Below are positions 1 to 10,100 of a stretch of DNA of 52,214 nucleotides, piece by piece; position 1 is the stretch's first letter; each line of letters begins with the position of its first letter. The DNA comes from a virus. Taxonomy: Duplodnaviria; Caudoviricetes. Location: IMG/VR virus record IMGVR_UViG_3300036820_000646, positions 1 to 52,214 of that record. The stretch is one strand, 5' to 3'. Both the position numbers and the translations under genes were made by a program. Below the pieces are notes generated by a model. The model was not told the origin of the DNA and did no database searches. It saw only the letters and a program-made list of their open reading frames with translations.

Positions 1-276
1 TTAGCTCGCTGCGCGCTCGGAGTCTCCTGGAGCGATAGGTACACCCGTTTCAATGAATTTCATCAAGTTTGCCTTCTTCACTCTCAGGCTCGAACCGATA
101 CGGAGGACCGGGACAGGGAAGTTGCCACGACTTTGGAGGTTCCACGCGGTGCTGCGGTGAATGCCCAGAAGGTCCGCTGCTTCGCCGAGGCTGATTGTCA
201 ATGGCTCAGCCTTTGGAGCGACATTGGACGACTCGAACTCGATTTCTGACTTGTTCTTGGTTGACTGCTTTGCCAC
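1..276 (-). CDS. AlpA/excisionase-like helix-turn-helix DNA-binding protein
   Basis: ISLGEAADLLGIHRSTAWNL...FPVPVLRIG..RV is a typical HTH_17/AlpA pattern; GTG start at 276 preceded by GGAG. Confidence 0.8.
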   Translation of the reverse strand: MAKQSTKNKSEIEFESSNVAPKAEPLTISLGEAADLLGIHRSTAWNLQSRGNFPVPVLRIGSSLRVKKANLMKFIETGVPIAPGDSERAAS

Positions 277-382
277 GGGTGCTCCGCCTTCTACTCCGGA
301 CGCTGGGTGCGACCTCAGGCGGCGACGTACCCCGATCCGAGAAAAGATGTCCCGCCGGTCTTCACCATGCGGCAAATCGGTC

Positions 383-1087
383 CTACGCCAGTCCGCGGGC
401 CCGCTGGGCGCCGACCGTGTTGGCCAGGGCCGCATCAGTGCCCATTTCGACGGCCAGCTCGATACCGACTAAGTATCTCTCTGTTTCAGCGACAGCTCCA
501 GCCAGGTCCTCGTGATCTCTCAGGGCGATCTCGTCGCGCTCGCGTTGTTCCTTGACGAACTTCGCTATCTCGTCCATCACCCGCTTGTTCGATCGACCTT
601 CGTCTGCTCCACTTGTCAGCATCATCTGACCCGAGTTGAGTCCCCACAGCGTCGATGAAGCCAAAGCCCACCCCTGGCGGCCGTCAACGTGAAACGTTCC
701 ACCGTCGTACTCGACAAGGACCGCGTTTGGCTCAAGCATGGCCACCGCGCTGCGGATGTCGACTTCCCCGCGGTCACGCCACGCGGCCGAGTCTTCGTCC
801 GAGAGAGCTGACAGGTTCGGGCGTCGCCCTTTGGCCCGCGCTCGACGTGTCAGTCGGTCATACTCGAAATTCCAGCCACCCTTGTAGAGCGGATCGGTGA
901 GCGCATACGACACCGTGTCATTTCCGTTGTCCACGATGTCGACGCGGTACACGATGCCATCGATCACTGCTCCGACCGTGCGACGTAGGTTGCCGGCGAT
1001 CTCGACTGTCGCCTCTGGATTCGACGACGGTGCGAATTGACCACCCGTGGATTGTCCCTTCGGTCGGCGGTTCGTGACGGCAGACAT
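383..1087 (-). CDS. Hypothetical protein with N-terminal GGQFA tag
   Basis: ORF with RBS (AGGAG); starts RRPKGQSTGGQFAPSSNPEATVEI; remainder unrecognised. Confidence 0.8.
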   Translation of the reverse strand: MSAVTNRRPKGQSTGGQFAPSSNPEATVEIAGNLRRTVGAVIDGIVYRVDIVDNGNDTVSYALTDPLYKGGWNFEYDRLTRRARAKGRRPNLSALSDEDSAAWRDRGEVDIRSAVAMLEPNAVLVEYDGGTFHVDGRQGWALASSTLWGLNSGQMMLTSGADEGRSNKRVMDEIAKFVKEQRERDEIALRDHEDLAGAVAETERYLVGIELAVEMGTDAALANTVGAQRARGLA

Positions 1088-1099
1088 TGGATCTCCTTC

Positions 1100-1570
1100 T
1101 TAAGCTGACTTGGCTTCGGGTGGCATGTGGACGATCTCGGCAACCATGCAGAACGAATCGAGGACTTCGGAATCAATGAGGCGGGGGAAACCGCGTCTGA
1201 CTTCTTCCTCTATCGCCTCAACCTTGGAGCGACCTTCCTCGCAGGCGTAATCGTTGCCACCGCCTTCACCACTGTTGGAGACGTCGATCCTGACGTCGCC
1301 CACGTTCAGGTATCCAGACCAAGCGATGCCTCGCAACGTCTCGATCTCTGATGTGATCTTCATAGACGAACGACGGAGAAGCTCAAGTCCCTCCTCGTTC
1401 GGGTCGTACCATCCGCGCTCGTCGAGGTAACTGTGGATGCGAGAGACCGCGACCTCCATTGTCAGTGGAGGCGCACGGAGTTCGCTTAGCTCGACGGTCG
1501 GTTCCGGGTTCGCGCTCGGCGCGAATTGCCCTCCTACATTCGTACCCTTGGGTTCGCGTTTGAAGGTCAT
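1100..1570 (-). CDS. Hypothetical protein with N-terminal GGQFA tag
   Basis: REPKGTNVGGQFAPSANPEPTVEL; start overlaps upstream stop (ATGA). Confidence 0.8.
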   Translation of the reverse strand: MTFKREPKGTNVGGQFAPSANPEPTVELSELRAPPLTMEVAVSRIHSYLDERGWYDPNEEGLELLRRSSMKITSEIETLRGIAWSGYLNVGDVRIDVSNSGEGGGNDYACEEGRSKVEAIEEEVRRGFPRLIDSEVLDSFCMVAEIVHMPPEAKSA

Positions 1571-1989
1571 AATTGCTCCCGTGCTGCGCCGAGCTGATCG
1601 GCGGCTTCTTTTAGATCACTTACCAGACCTAAGGCGATCGCTTCCCGCTCCGGGGTGTTGGCGCCAACGTGTCCGAGGTAATCGGCTTTCGTATTGAGCT
1701 CGTCTAGCCATTCGTAAAGATCGCCCGTGGCAGCCTCCTGCTCGGCGATCTCCCTTGAGTATCCGATGATCTCCCCCACTCGAGCAAAGTCGTTCCTGCT
1801 GCCTTGGCCCCCACGGATTCGCTCGACGATGGCGGCCGCGTTGCGCAGCGCCTCGCTGACGTTGTCGCGAGTGATGGCCCAAGGGGCAAAGTAGCCGACC
1901 TCGACGTCGACGGCTGCTTCTGGATTCGACGTTGTCGCGAACTGTCCACCGCCGATGGTGCCTTTGGGCTTACGGTTAGTGGTCATCAT
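1567..1989 (-). CDS. Hypothetical protein with N-terminal GGQFA tag
   Basis: RKPKGTIGGGQFATTSNPEAAVDV; translationally coupled to neighbours. Confidence 0.8.
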   Translation of the reverse strand: MMTTNRKPKGTIGGGQFATTSNPEAAVDVEVGYFAPWAITRDNVSEALRNAAAIVERIRGGQGSRNDFARVGEIIGYSREIAEQEAATGDLYEWLDELNTKADYLGHVGANTPEREAIALGLVSDLKEAADQLGAAREQL

Positions 1990-2909
1990 TCGCCATCAAC
2001 GATTCTGAATCGGATGTCGCCGATTTGGAACTCGCCGGCGTCTTTGTCGTACGTCAACTCCGACGCCCGTCCGAAGTCCATCCAAGAGTAAACGTCGCGA
2101 TCGGCTCCGGACTTGCGGGTACGCATCGCAAACGAACCCGTCTGCACTTTGGTGACTGGACGCTTCAGTCCGACCACTTCAGGCCAGCGAGGGTTCTGCA
2201 CAACCTCGATGACGGTGCCTACTTTGATCGTCCTCTTCAGGTCGGCCATCGTTCCCGTCTTGTGCAGCGCCGGCAGCGAAGGATCGATGACCGGCGCGTG
2301 GAACTCCTCCACCTTGGCTTGTCCGTAGTACCTCACGTCGAAGTAGTCGGTCATCACATCCGAACCGTCATGGTTGTACGTGTCGTGTATCGCCTGAATC
2401 GTTTCGCGGACTCGCGTGCCTTCTTCGCTCTCGTGCGCGGCGCCCGCACAGCGCCAGTCATGTTGACCGGGCTTGCAGCTCGAGGGGACCGTGCGTGCGC
2501 CAAAGTCCAACTCCCCCGTGCACCGACTGTCGTCGGCGGGAACTGTTGCTCCGGCCCAGTTGCTTACCTTTATGTCGATCGACGCGCCACCTGCGTACTT
2601 CTGAGTCGTCACACTGATGTCAGCGTCCTTGGGTAGGCCACCGTTCGCGACCGCCTGCTTGATGTCCTGGCGCATGAGTCCGGCGATCTCGGTGACGCCA
2701 AGATTCCTCGCGTCTTCGTATTTGGCCCCGTAGCGACGTTCGTATGGACGGCGCGGCCGCGTTTCTGGCTGACCAAGGACGAGCGGCGCGCTGTCGACGA
2801 TCACAATCGTTGGCTCGACGAAGTCCACTTGCGCTTCTGGGTTCTCAGACGGTGCGAACTGTCCTCCGACAGGCACGCCTCGGGGTTGGCGGTTTTGAGC
2901 GGTTGTCAT
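1986..2909 (-). CDS. GGQFA-tagged protein with LPD29-like (large polyvalent protein-associated) domain
   Basis: Tag RQPRGVPVGGQFAPSENPEAQVDF; then EIAGLMRQDIK...ISVTTQKYAGGASIDI...YNHDGSDVMTDYFDVRYY, resembling LPD29. Confidence 0.7.
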   Translation of the reverse strand: MTTAQNRQPRGVPVGGQFAPSENPEAQVDFVEPTIVIVDSAPLVLGQPETRPRRPYERRYGAKYEDARNLGVTEIAGLMRQDIKQAVANGGLPKDADISVTTQKYAGGASIDIKVSNWAGATVPADDSRCTGELDFGARTVPSSCKPGQHDWRCAGAAHESEEGTRVRETIQAIHDTYNHDGSDVMTDYFDVRYYGQAKVEEFHAPVIDPSLPALHKTGTMADLKRTIKVGTVIEVVQNPRWPEVVGLKRPVTKVQTGSFAMRTRKSGADRDVYSWMDFGRASELTYDKDAGEFQIGDIRFRIVDGE

Positions 2910-3568
2910 CGCGTCACCGTCGAGTCGTACTCATCGTTGAAAGGCTGCTTAGTGATGTAGTAACCGACCGCGTCTTCACGAATTCCGTTGACGAGTACTT
3001 CATCGCCAAGCTCATCGATCACCGAGGACCACACGTGGTCCGACGGCTGTGACTTGACGAACGCGAGGTCAGTGCCGGACGTCTCGAACGTGCCGCCGTA
3101 ACGCTCATCAAGTGAGTCGTCGGAACCACGGACGGGGTGAGGAATCGGCTCGTAGAGGTCCGCGAAGTCATCCCGGTTCATCTGGCGGTTGAACGACTCC
3201 TCCTCGTCGTACGGAGCGATCTCGTCAACCACCTCCATGAAGGATTCAGCCAGCGGTTCAAACATGCGGCTGTCGCGATCGGCTTCGGCGAGGAACCTGT
3301 CGGCGACCGCGCGCCACTGCTCGGGCGTGAGATCGCGATCACCGTCGTAGTAGCCACGGTTCCTGAACCAATAGAGAGCCGGCTCGTCGTCTGGCAGGTT
3401 CGCTAGCTGCGCTCGAAGCTCTCCGACCGTTGGCCCCTCATAACCCTCGTACGGATTTACCAACGCGCGGCCGAGATCGACGGTGGCTTCCGGGTTCGTC
3501 GACGCGGCGAACTGCCCACCTGCGTCGGCGCCTTTGGGCACGCGACTTTGTCCATTGAGATCTCCCAT
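2906..3568 (-). CDS. Hypothetical acidic protein with N-terminal GGQFA tag, first gene of five-gene tagged operon
   Basis: RVPKGADAGGQFAASTNPEATVDL; AAGGAG RBS. Confidence 0.8.
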   Translation of the reverse strand: MGDLNGQSRVPKGADAGGQFAASTNPEATVDLGRALVNPYEGYEGPTVGELRAQLANLPDDEPALYWFRNRGYYDGDRDLTPEQWRAVADRFLAEADRDSRMFEPLAESFMEVVDEIAPYDEEESFNRQMNRDDFADLYEPIPHPVRGSDDSLDERYGGTFETSGTDLAFVKSQPSDHVWSSVIDELGDEVLVNGIREDAVGYYITKQPFNDEYDSTVTR

Positions 3569-3577
3569 GTCTCCTTT

Positions 3578-3604
3578 GATGGGAGTTCTTCTCGCAATCG
3601 GCCA
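3578..3604 (-). promoter_or_regulatory. Bipartite motif TGGCCG-N11-AACTCCCATC, 9 nt upstream of ATG 3568 (copy 1)
   Basis: Identical boxes and spacing at 31566-31592 and 41360-41386. Confidence 0.8.
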
Positions 3605-3748
3605 CGTCTTTGAGTGTCCGTTGGAGGATCGTCTATCGGGACGAAAGGTGCGGGACGGTCCTTTGTGATGGCGCCTGGGTTTCGGGAGTCCCGTTTAGGC
3701 CGTCCGAATAAGTACTGTCTAAGGTGCCTTTAACGGTACGCTTTTCCC

Positions 3749-4360
3749 ATGAACGTACTGATTGGCTACGCGAGATGTTCGACCGACCAGCAAGACCTCA
3801 CTGTTCAGCGCCAAGCTCTTGAAGCATTGGGCGTCGAGAGCGGACGCATCTACTCCGACCACGGACTGACGGGTACCAACCGTGACCGGCCCGGACTTCG
3901 CGATGCACTGGCCGCGTGCCGAGAAGGCGACACGTTGGTCGTGACGAAACTGGACCGGCTCGCGCGTTCCGTCCCCGACGCACGCGACATTGTCGACGAG
4001 CTGACCAAGCGAGGGGTCAAACTGCAACTGGCCGGTTCGGTCCACGACCCTAATGATCCGATCGGCAAGCTCCTCTTCAACGTGCTCGCGATGGTGGCCG
4101 AGTTTGAGTCCGACCTCATTCGATCCCGAACTCGAGAAGGCATGAAACTTGCCAAGCAGCGCGGACGTCTCAAGGGTAAGCAACCGAAACTAAGTGACCT
4201 TCAAGTCGCGCACCTCGGGGAACTGCACGATGCGGGCGATCACACCGTCAGCGAGTTGATGGATCTCTTCGGGGTTGGGCGAGGAACGATCTACCGTTCC
4301 CTCGAGCGGCGCGTTACGGAGCCCCGTGCTGGTCGAGCCACTGCGCCAACGCCTCGGTGA
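3749..4360 (+). CDS. Serine recombinase (resolvase/invertase) with C-terminal HTH
   Basis: IGYARCST, DRPGL, LVVTKLDRLARS, AEFESDLIRSRTREG, C-terminal FGVGRGTIYR. Confidence 0.95.
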   Translation: MNVLIGYARCSTDQQDLTVQRQALEALGVESGRIYSDHGLTGTNRDRPGLRDALAACREGDTLVVTKLDRLARSVPDARDIVDELTKRGVKLQLAGSVHDPNDPIGKLLFNVLAMVAEFESDLIRSRTREGMKLAKQRGRLKGKQPKLSDLQVAHLGELHDAGDHTVSELMDLFGVGRGTIYRSLERRVTEPRAGRATAPTPR

Positions 4361-4586
4361 CGATCGTCGAGCGAGCAATGCCATTTGACTCTGAGAACGC
4401 GTGCATTCGATACAGCACATTCCGGTCGACGTAGCCCGTCCATCGCTGCATTCTCTGTTCAAATGACCCGCGGCGTTTCGCGATATTGGCGCCCTCAACG
4501 GGGGCCCGCAACGGTGCTTCGGCGCGCGTCGGTTCGGCTCGAGTTACTTCAGCCGCGGCCTTCAGTCGATCCTCAAGTCTGCTCAT
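4314..4586 (-). CDS. Small partition adaptor (ribbon-helix-helix-like, ParG/ParB type Ib)
   Basis: 90 aa directly downstream of parA; C-terminal RWTGYVDRNVLYRMHAFSESNGIARSTIVTEALAQWL fits an RHH pattern. Confidence 0.7.
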   Translation of the reverse strand: MSRLEDRLKAAAEVTRAEPTRAEAPLRAPVEGANIAKRRGSFEQRMQRWTGYVDRNVLYRMHAFSESNGIARSTIVTEALAQWLDQHGAP

Positions 4587-5157
4587 CGGTCTCCTTCCAA
4601 CGGGCGACGATCTCGTCAGCTAATGGACGAAACATCACGAGAACTGGCGTCATCGCGAAGGACTGAACGACGCGTTCCGACAGTGGCAAGACGGTCGCTG
4701 AAACGGGATGACCAGCATCGGCGCAGAGCTGTTGAATTGTCTTTCCCGCGGACGTTGAGCGGCGAACTCGTGAGGGGACGACGAGGTACAACTGGCTCGC
4801 CGGCAAGAGAGCAAGCGTGTCGGGGAGCTGGTCCGCTTCGAGCGGAGAGGGTGCCATTGGAATGAGAACAAGATCGGAAACGGCCGCTGCCGCGGTGATC
4901 GCCTCGGCGTCGTTTGGTGGTGTATCGAGCACCAACCAGTCGTAAGAATCGGCGAGCGATGGAACCGCTTGAACGATGGTCGACGCCGAGCCGGCGGCAA
5001 CATCGAAGAGGTCGAGGTCCTCCATCCAGTGGAGCGCCGAACCGTTGTCGTCGAGGTCGATGAGCCCGACTCGATCCGGCAAGCACGCCGCGAGACCGAC
5101 CGCCAGAGTAGTCTTTCCGACCCCACCTTTACGGTTACAAACCGCGATCGTCCTCAT
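4573..5157 (-). CDS. parA: ParA family partition ATPase (short, type Ib)
   Basis: Deviant Walker A NRKGGVGKTT, LIDLD, YDWLVLDTPP; GGAGGT RBS before ATG 5157. Confidence 0.92.
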   Translation of the reverse strand: MRTIAVCNRKGGVGKTTLAVGLAACLPDRVGLIDLDDNGSALHWMEDLDLFDVAAGSASTIVQAVPSLADSYDWLVLDTPPNDAEAITAAAAVSDLVLIPMAPSPLEADQLPDTLALLPASQLYLVVPSRVRRSTSAGKTIQQLCADAGHPVSATVLPLSERVVQSFAMTPVLVMFRPLADEIVARWKETDEQT

Positions 5158-5180
5158 TGGACCTCCAATCCTATACCGAA

Positions 5181-5306
5181 ACGTGTACGTATACGTCCAC
5201 GTGTACGTGAGGTGCGAAATCTGTGTCCAACTCTCCACTGTCGATTGAGACTGTTGGGTGTGGCGAGGTCATGTAGAGGTGTACGTACACGTAGACGACT
5301 ACGTGT
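5181..5306. repeat. 6-bp-periodic ACGT array upstream of parA, putative parS/operator
   Basis: ACGT at 5181, 5187, 5193, 5199, 5205 and at 5283, 5289, (ACGA 5295), 5301. Confidence 0.7.
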
Positions 5307-5477
5307 GTCAATGCTGGTCAAAGGGCATATTCGAGCAAAAAACTGGGTTGAACTTTAGCCCCATTTTTCAGAGGCCATGTGTCGTCTGGCGTCCATTGAC
5401 GGTATGTGTTTTATTGCGACGAGCCAGCGGGCCTGGGCTCAAAGACACATATTTATGGGGCTCGCAGGGTCGTCGCC

Positions 5478-5873
5478 CTACCTTCGACTCGGTTGTCTCC
5501 CGATGATCTCGACTGGCGTTCCGGGTGGGAAGTAACCGCGTCGGCGTCGCTCCAATCGACGAGTGGCAAAGACACTCGGGATCTTCGAGCCCTTCGTGAG
5601 GTTGTGCCGAGCGCAGAGTGCAACGAAGTTTGACATGCTCGTAGCGCCGCCCTTGGAGTGGGGAAAGTGATGATCTCCGTGGGTCGGTGCGTTGGTACAG
5701 CGACGTCCGAAGATGTTGAAGTGTTCGCATTGATTCCCCGCGCGGAGGAACCCGCTCGTCCTCTCAGAGAGCGAGAAGATTCTCTTGGGATCGAGATGAG
5801 CTCCCTGTCCCCGGCGTGTCGCGAGCAAGGCCACCACTACTGCGGCAACGATCAAACAGAAGTCGTGGCTCAT
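5478..5873 (-). CDS. HNH endonuclease with hydrophobic N-terminus
   Basis: CEH...C...GDHHFPHSKGGATSMSNFVALCARHNLTKG is an HNH signature. Confidence 0.8.
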   Translation of the reverse strand: MSHDFCLIVAAVVVALLATRRGQGAHLDPKRIFSLSERTSGFLRAGNQCEHFNIFGRRCTNAPTHGDHHFPHSKGGATSMSNFVALCARHNLTKGSKIPSVFATRRLERRRRGYFPPGTPVEIIGRQPSRR

Positions 5874-5874
5874 G

Positions 5875-6543
5875 CTACGAAGTGCAACTTGGCGAAGCCG
5901 AATAGTTCACAAATGCCCCGCCCTGACTGTCGTAGTCCGTGGCCACATAGGTGCCTTTAGCGGCGACGAATGAGACCGTCGCTGTCTGGCCTGACGACGA
6001 GTAGTCGGTTGGGCCGTCCACCGTCAAGGAGTTAGATGCGGTCGGTCCGGTGCCGCTGACCGTGACACTCTGTCCGCCCGAGCACGTGAACGTCACGGAA
6101 TATGACGTTTGGGGAGCTGTAGTTGTGGTTGTCGGCGGAGGTCGACGACGAATCGTCGTTGTCGTAGTGGGTGGCCTCGTCGTCGTAGTCGTGGTCTCGA
6201 CGGGATGAGTCGTTGTCGTAGTGGGTGGCAGCGGCCTTGTCGTTGTAGTCGTCGGAGGAACCGCGTGATGGTGGGGTTTCGTGGTCGTGGTAGTGGGTGG
6301 CGGCTTGGTCGTGGTGGTGGTGGCTACCACCGTGGTAGTCGTTGTCGGTACCGTGTCTCTAGCCGCCGGAGCTTTGTGGGCGCCTGGCCCTAACGCGTAC
6401 CCCGCTGCAAGGATGACGGCCACGAGCGCGATTCCTACGATCGGTCCTCGTGCCCGGAGATACCACCGGAATGTTTGGCCCGGCGTGCGTAGCAACGACA
6501 CGTTGCTCTTCGAGTTGCCCAAACCCTTGTCGTCATCGCTCAC
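5875..6543 (-). CDS. Membrane-anchored Thr/Pro-rich surface protein
   Basis: TM segment IVGIALVAVILAAGYAL, repeated PTTTTT runs, small beta-rich C-terminal domain with two Cys. Confidence 0.75.
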   Translation of the reverse strand: MSDDDKGLGNSKSNVSLLRTPGQTFRWYLRARGPIVGIALVAVILAAGYALGPGAHKAPAARDTVPTTTTTVVATTTTTKPPPTTTTTKPHHHAVPPTTTTTRPLPPTTTTTHPVETTTTTTRPPTTTTTIRRRPPPTTTTTAPQTSYSVTFTCSGGQSVTVSGTGPTASNSLTVDGPTDYSSSGQTATVSFVAAKGTYVATDYDSQGGAFVNYSASPSCTS

Positions 6544-6578
6544 GGTCTGCTCCCGATGTTTGCGTTACAAGAAAAGGG

Positions 6579-6632
6579 TCTGCCGCCCGTACATCTCGCC
6601 AAGGAGGGTAGGAGAGAAATACGGGCGGCAGA
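6579..6632 (-). terminator. Hairpin downstream of ssb, likely intrinsic terminator
   Basis: 13-bp inverted repeat TCTGCCGCCCGTA/TACGGGCGGCAGA followed on minus strand by CCCTTTTCTT. Confidence 0.65.
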
Positions 6633-6650
6633 GTTCATGCGTGACAGCGA

Positions 6651-7091
6651 CTAGAAGTCGTCGTCGTCGTCCGCTACCGGCTTGGCCTTGGCCTTAGAGG
6701 CGGCGGCAGGCGCGTCGTCATCGACGTCACTGGCCTTGGCCTTGGTGACCTTGGTCACACTGGCAGTCGCCCAACGCAAGTCGGGACCAACGGCTGAGGC
6801 GGTGACGCTGACCATCGTGAGCGACTTCTCTTCGCCTTCGATTGTGACGTCCTTCGAGTAGGTGTTGAAACGACCGATCACAAGGACGCGCTGTCCCTTG
6901 CTCAGCGACTTCGCGACGTTCTCGGCGAGGGTGCCAAATGCGGTGACGTTGATGAAGTGCGACTTCTCGTCGTCACCTTGACCTTCGTTGACCGCGACGG
7001 TGAACGTGGCACGGACGGTGCCCTTGTCGCTCTTGGGCTCAACGAGATTCGGGTCCTTGGTCAGGTTCCCCACGAATGAAATGTTGTTCAT
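6651..7091 (-). CDS. ssb: Single-stranded DNA-binding protein
   Basis: GNLTKDP, AFGTLAENVAKSLSKGQRVLVIGR, VGPDLRWATA, acidic tail DDDDDF. Confidence 0.95.
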   Translation of the reverse strand: MNNISFVGNLTKDPNLVEPKSDKGTVRATFTVAVNEGQGDDEKSHFINVTAFGTLAENVAKSLSKGQRVLVIGRFNTYSKDVTIEGEEKSLTMVSVTASAVGPDLRWATASVTKVTKAKASDVDDDAPAAASKAKAKPVADDDDDF

Positions 7092-7166
7092 GCTGGTACT
7101 TCCTTCTGCTCAATCGAGCTGCGTTGAGTAGGTGATTTACCTGCTCGATCTCCTATGGATTGAGAT

Positions 7167-10100
7167 CTAAACCAGTGGCGGATTTCTTGGAATCCTGCGG
7201 AAACCACTGAATTCATGCACCTCGATGGTCGTTCGGGCCAGCGAGCGCGTTGGACGCGCCAGAGAGGTGCGCTGGGGCGTTGATGCCACGGAGGGTGCCG
7301 GCGTCGTAAGAAGAGAACGAGCCTCAAACTGAGGTTTCTCAGCGGCCGGGTAGTCGAAGCCATCGTCGTCGTATTCAGATGGGTCGATGAACTCGAGTTC
7401 GATCGCATCTACCGCGTCGTCGAGCGACGCAACGCTCTTCGCAGCGACAGCGAGACGTTCGTGGCGTGGCTTGTCGAAAAGAGTTGGCGCGTCTGGGGCC
7501 GTGTCGTCAACGACGGCGGTCTCGTCGTTGATAGGGAACGACCAGATCGAGTTGACCACGAGCTCTTTGACCGACACCTCTTCGGTGTCTGCACCTTCGT
7601 CAGTGTCGCGCTGGTATGGCGTCTTGGTCTTGACGATTCCGTCGATGCCGATGATGTCGCCGACCTTGGGCACCGTGCCACTACGCACGATCTTGTCGAG
7701 TGTGGTGTTCCATACGACGCAGTCGATGGTCGACTTTGTGCCAGAGAGCCGCATCTTGGCGAAGCTCGTCTTGCGCTTCAAAACCTCCCATGACGTGACC
7801 AGCCCGATCGTGCTCACGTTGCCCTCGTCTGGCAACCGATGTAGCGCAACGGGGACGTTGCGAGTCTGAGGCGATCGCCAAGTCTTGATCTGATCCTTGA
7901 ACACGCTGAGCGGATCGGCGGAGACGAGGATTCCGAGTCGGTCGCGCTCGCGGACGGAATACTCGAGAACGCCCCACTCCGATTTCGAGACGGTGGCGCC
8001 TGGGTTCTTGCGAAGGGTTTCGAGTGCGTCAAACATCCCCTTGCGAGTACCAAAGGCGTCGAACGCCCCCGACTCGATGAGCGCTCGTAGGACAGTGATG
8101 GAGACGCGGCGAGTCCCATTTGTGACCCTGACGCGGCTTGCGAAGTCGGCCAGAGACTTGAATGGGCCGTGAGCGGTGCGTTCCGCCACGATCTCGGCGG
8201 CGACAGTTCCCACGTCGCGAATCTTCGACAAACCGAAGAGCACGACTCCGTCGTCACCGACCGTTGGGTAGGCATCGCTCCGGTTGACGTCCGGGTGACG
8301 CAGCTCGACTCCCTCTTCTCTCAGCGAGGCGAGAAAGGCGAGGCGCTTCTCCTGGTTATCTGAGATCGACAGCCAACCGGCGGCGTACTCAGTCGGGTAG
8401 TTCGCCTTCAGCCATGCAGTGATGAACGACAGGCGCGCGTAACCAACCGAGTGTGACTTGTTGAACGAGTACTCCCCGGCCGACTTCATTGCCTCCCAGA
8501 GGTTCTCCGCGGTGCGCGCGGCGAAGGCCAACTTGGGCTCGCCTGCCATGTCGACGTTGGCTTGAGCACCTTTGATGAACAGTTCCCCCGAGCGGTTCAT
8601 CTTCTCGCGGTCCTTCTTGCCGATGGCCCTCAGGAGATTGTCACGCTCGGGCGGATTGAAGCCTGCGACCAACTCCGCGATGCGAAGCAACTGTTCTTGG
8701 TAGACCATGACGGCCAACGTCTCGTCCATGACGCTCGCGAGGATCTCCACTTCGGCGGGGATCTTCGTGAAGATGTCGTAACTGATCTTTTCGAGACCCG
8801 CTCTGCGGTTCGCGTACATGTCGTGCATACCGATGCCGAGCGGCCCTGGTCGATACAGCGCGATGAGGACGGCCAATTCGTCGACCGACGCCGGACGCAG
8901 TCGCCTAGCGAGGTCTTGTGTCCCTTGTCCTTCAATTTGGAAGATGCCCTCGGTGCGCCCCGCGCCGACCATCGTCCACGCCTTCTTCGCTTCGTCCGTG
9001 CCCGTGTCTGGAATGGTGTCGACGTCCAGATCGATGCCGTGGCGTCGCTTGATCTCGCGCACGGCCGCCTCCACGACGTCGAGGTTGGCCAGACCGAGGA
9101 TGTCCATCTTCAAGAATCCGAGATCCTCCAGCGCCTCGCCGTCAAACTCGCTCACCCACCCGCCCGTGCCACCGGACTTCTCAGTACGCCGGTCACTCCG
9201 CAGCGGGATGAGGCCAACGAGCTCTTCATCGCCGATCACCACACCGCACGGGTGAATTGACTCGGTATTGACGACGCCCTCAAAGCGCTTGGCGATCTCG
9301 ATCACTGGCTCGCTGCCAGACTCGGCGGCCAGCTCACGAAAGCCTGCACCCGGAGCCCAGCCGGGGTCACTCAGAGCTTTGATGCTTGCGGTCTTGCCGT
9401 CTCCCAGCGTCGGTACCTGGTTAGCGAGGGCTACGCCCACCTGACTGGCGCCCAATACCTTGCCGGCGACTCGTAGAGAGTTCTTCGATAGTGAGTACCC
9501 CAGTGTGCCAATGAGACCGACCGAGTCCTTACCCCAGCGCTCAATGAGATAGTTGACGACCTCTTGGCGACGACCCTGCTCGAAGTCGGTGTCGATGTCG
9601 GGCATCTTGTTGCGCGTCGGGTTCAAGAAGCGCTCGAAAAGTAGACCGTGTGCCAACGGGTCGACGGCGATGATGCCCATGCAGAAGGAGACGCACGAGC
9701 CGGCCGCTGATCCACGCCCTGGTCCCACACGGATGCCTTGGGCTTTCGCCCAGTCGATCATGTCGGCGACGATGAGAAAGTAGTCAGAGAGTCCAGCGTT
9801 GGAGATGATGTCCAGTTCGTAGCGGAGGCGTTCCTTTACGACGCCGGGCAGTGGCGACGAGTATCGACGTATAGCCCCCGCTTTGACTTTCTCATGGAGC
9901 AATTCACTGGCCGAGCGCTCGTTGGTGGGATCGAACGTCGGGATGCGCAACCCGTGCTTTGGAAACATGGAGTACCCGCTGGCTCGCTCCGCGATGAGGA
10001 GAGTGTTGTCACAGGCGTCCTCGAATCCAGGCTGGTCGTCGAAGATGGCACGCATCTCTTGAGCGCTACGAAGATGGAAGCCGCTTCCGGTGAACCGCCA

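Larger units (their letters stand above)
998..3544 (-). repeat. Five dispersed copies of the 24-codon GGQFA tag (998-1069, 1487-1558, 1903-1974, 2820-2891, 3473-3544)
   Basis: Ungapped alignment of the N-termini of five consecutive ORFs. Confidence 0.95.

Noticed and set aside
998-3544. Tag-coding repeats as a CRISPR array or integron attC sites
   Set aside because: The repeats are in-frame coding, vary at synonymous positions, are not palindromic and are hundreds of bp apart; no cas or intI gene.
3605-4360. Tn3-family transposon around the resolvase
   Set aside because: No transposase or terminal inverted repeats seen; res subsites could not be defined reliably.
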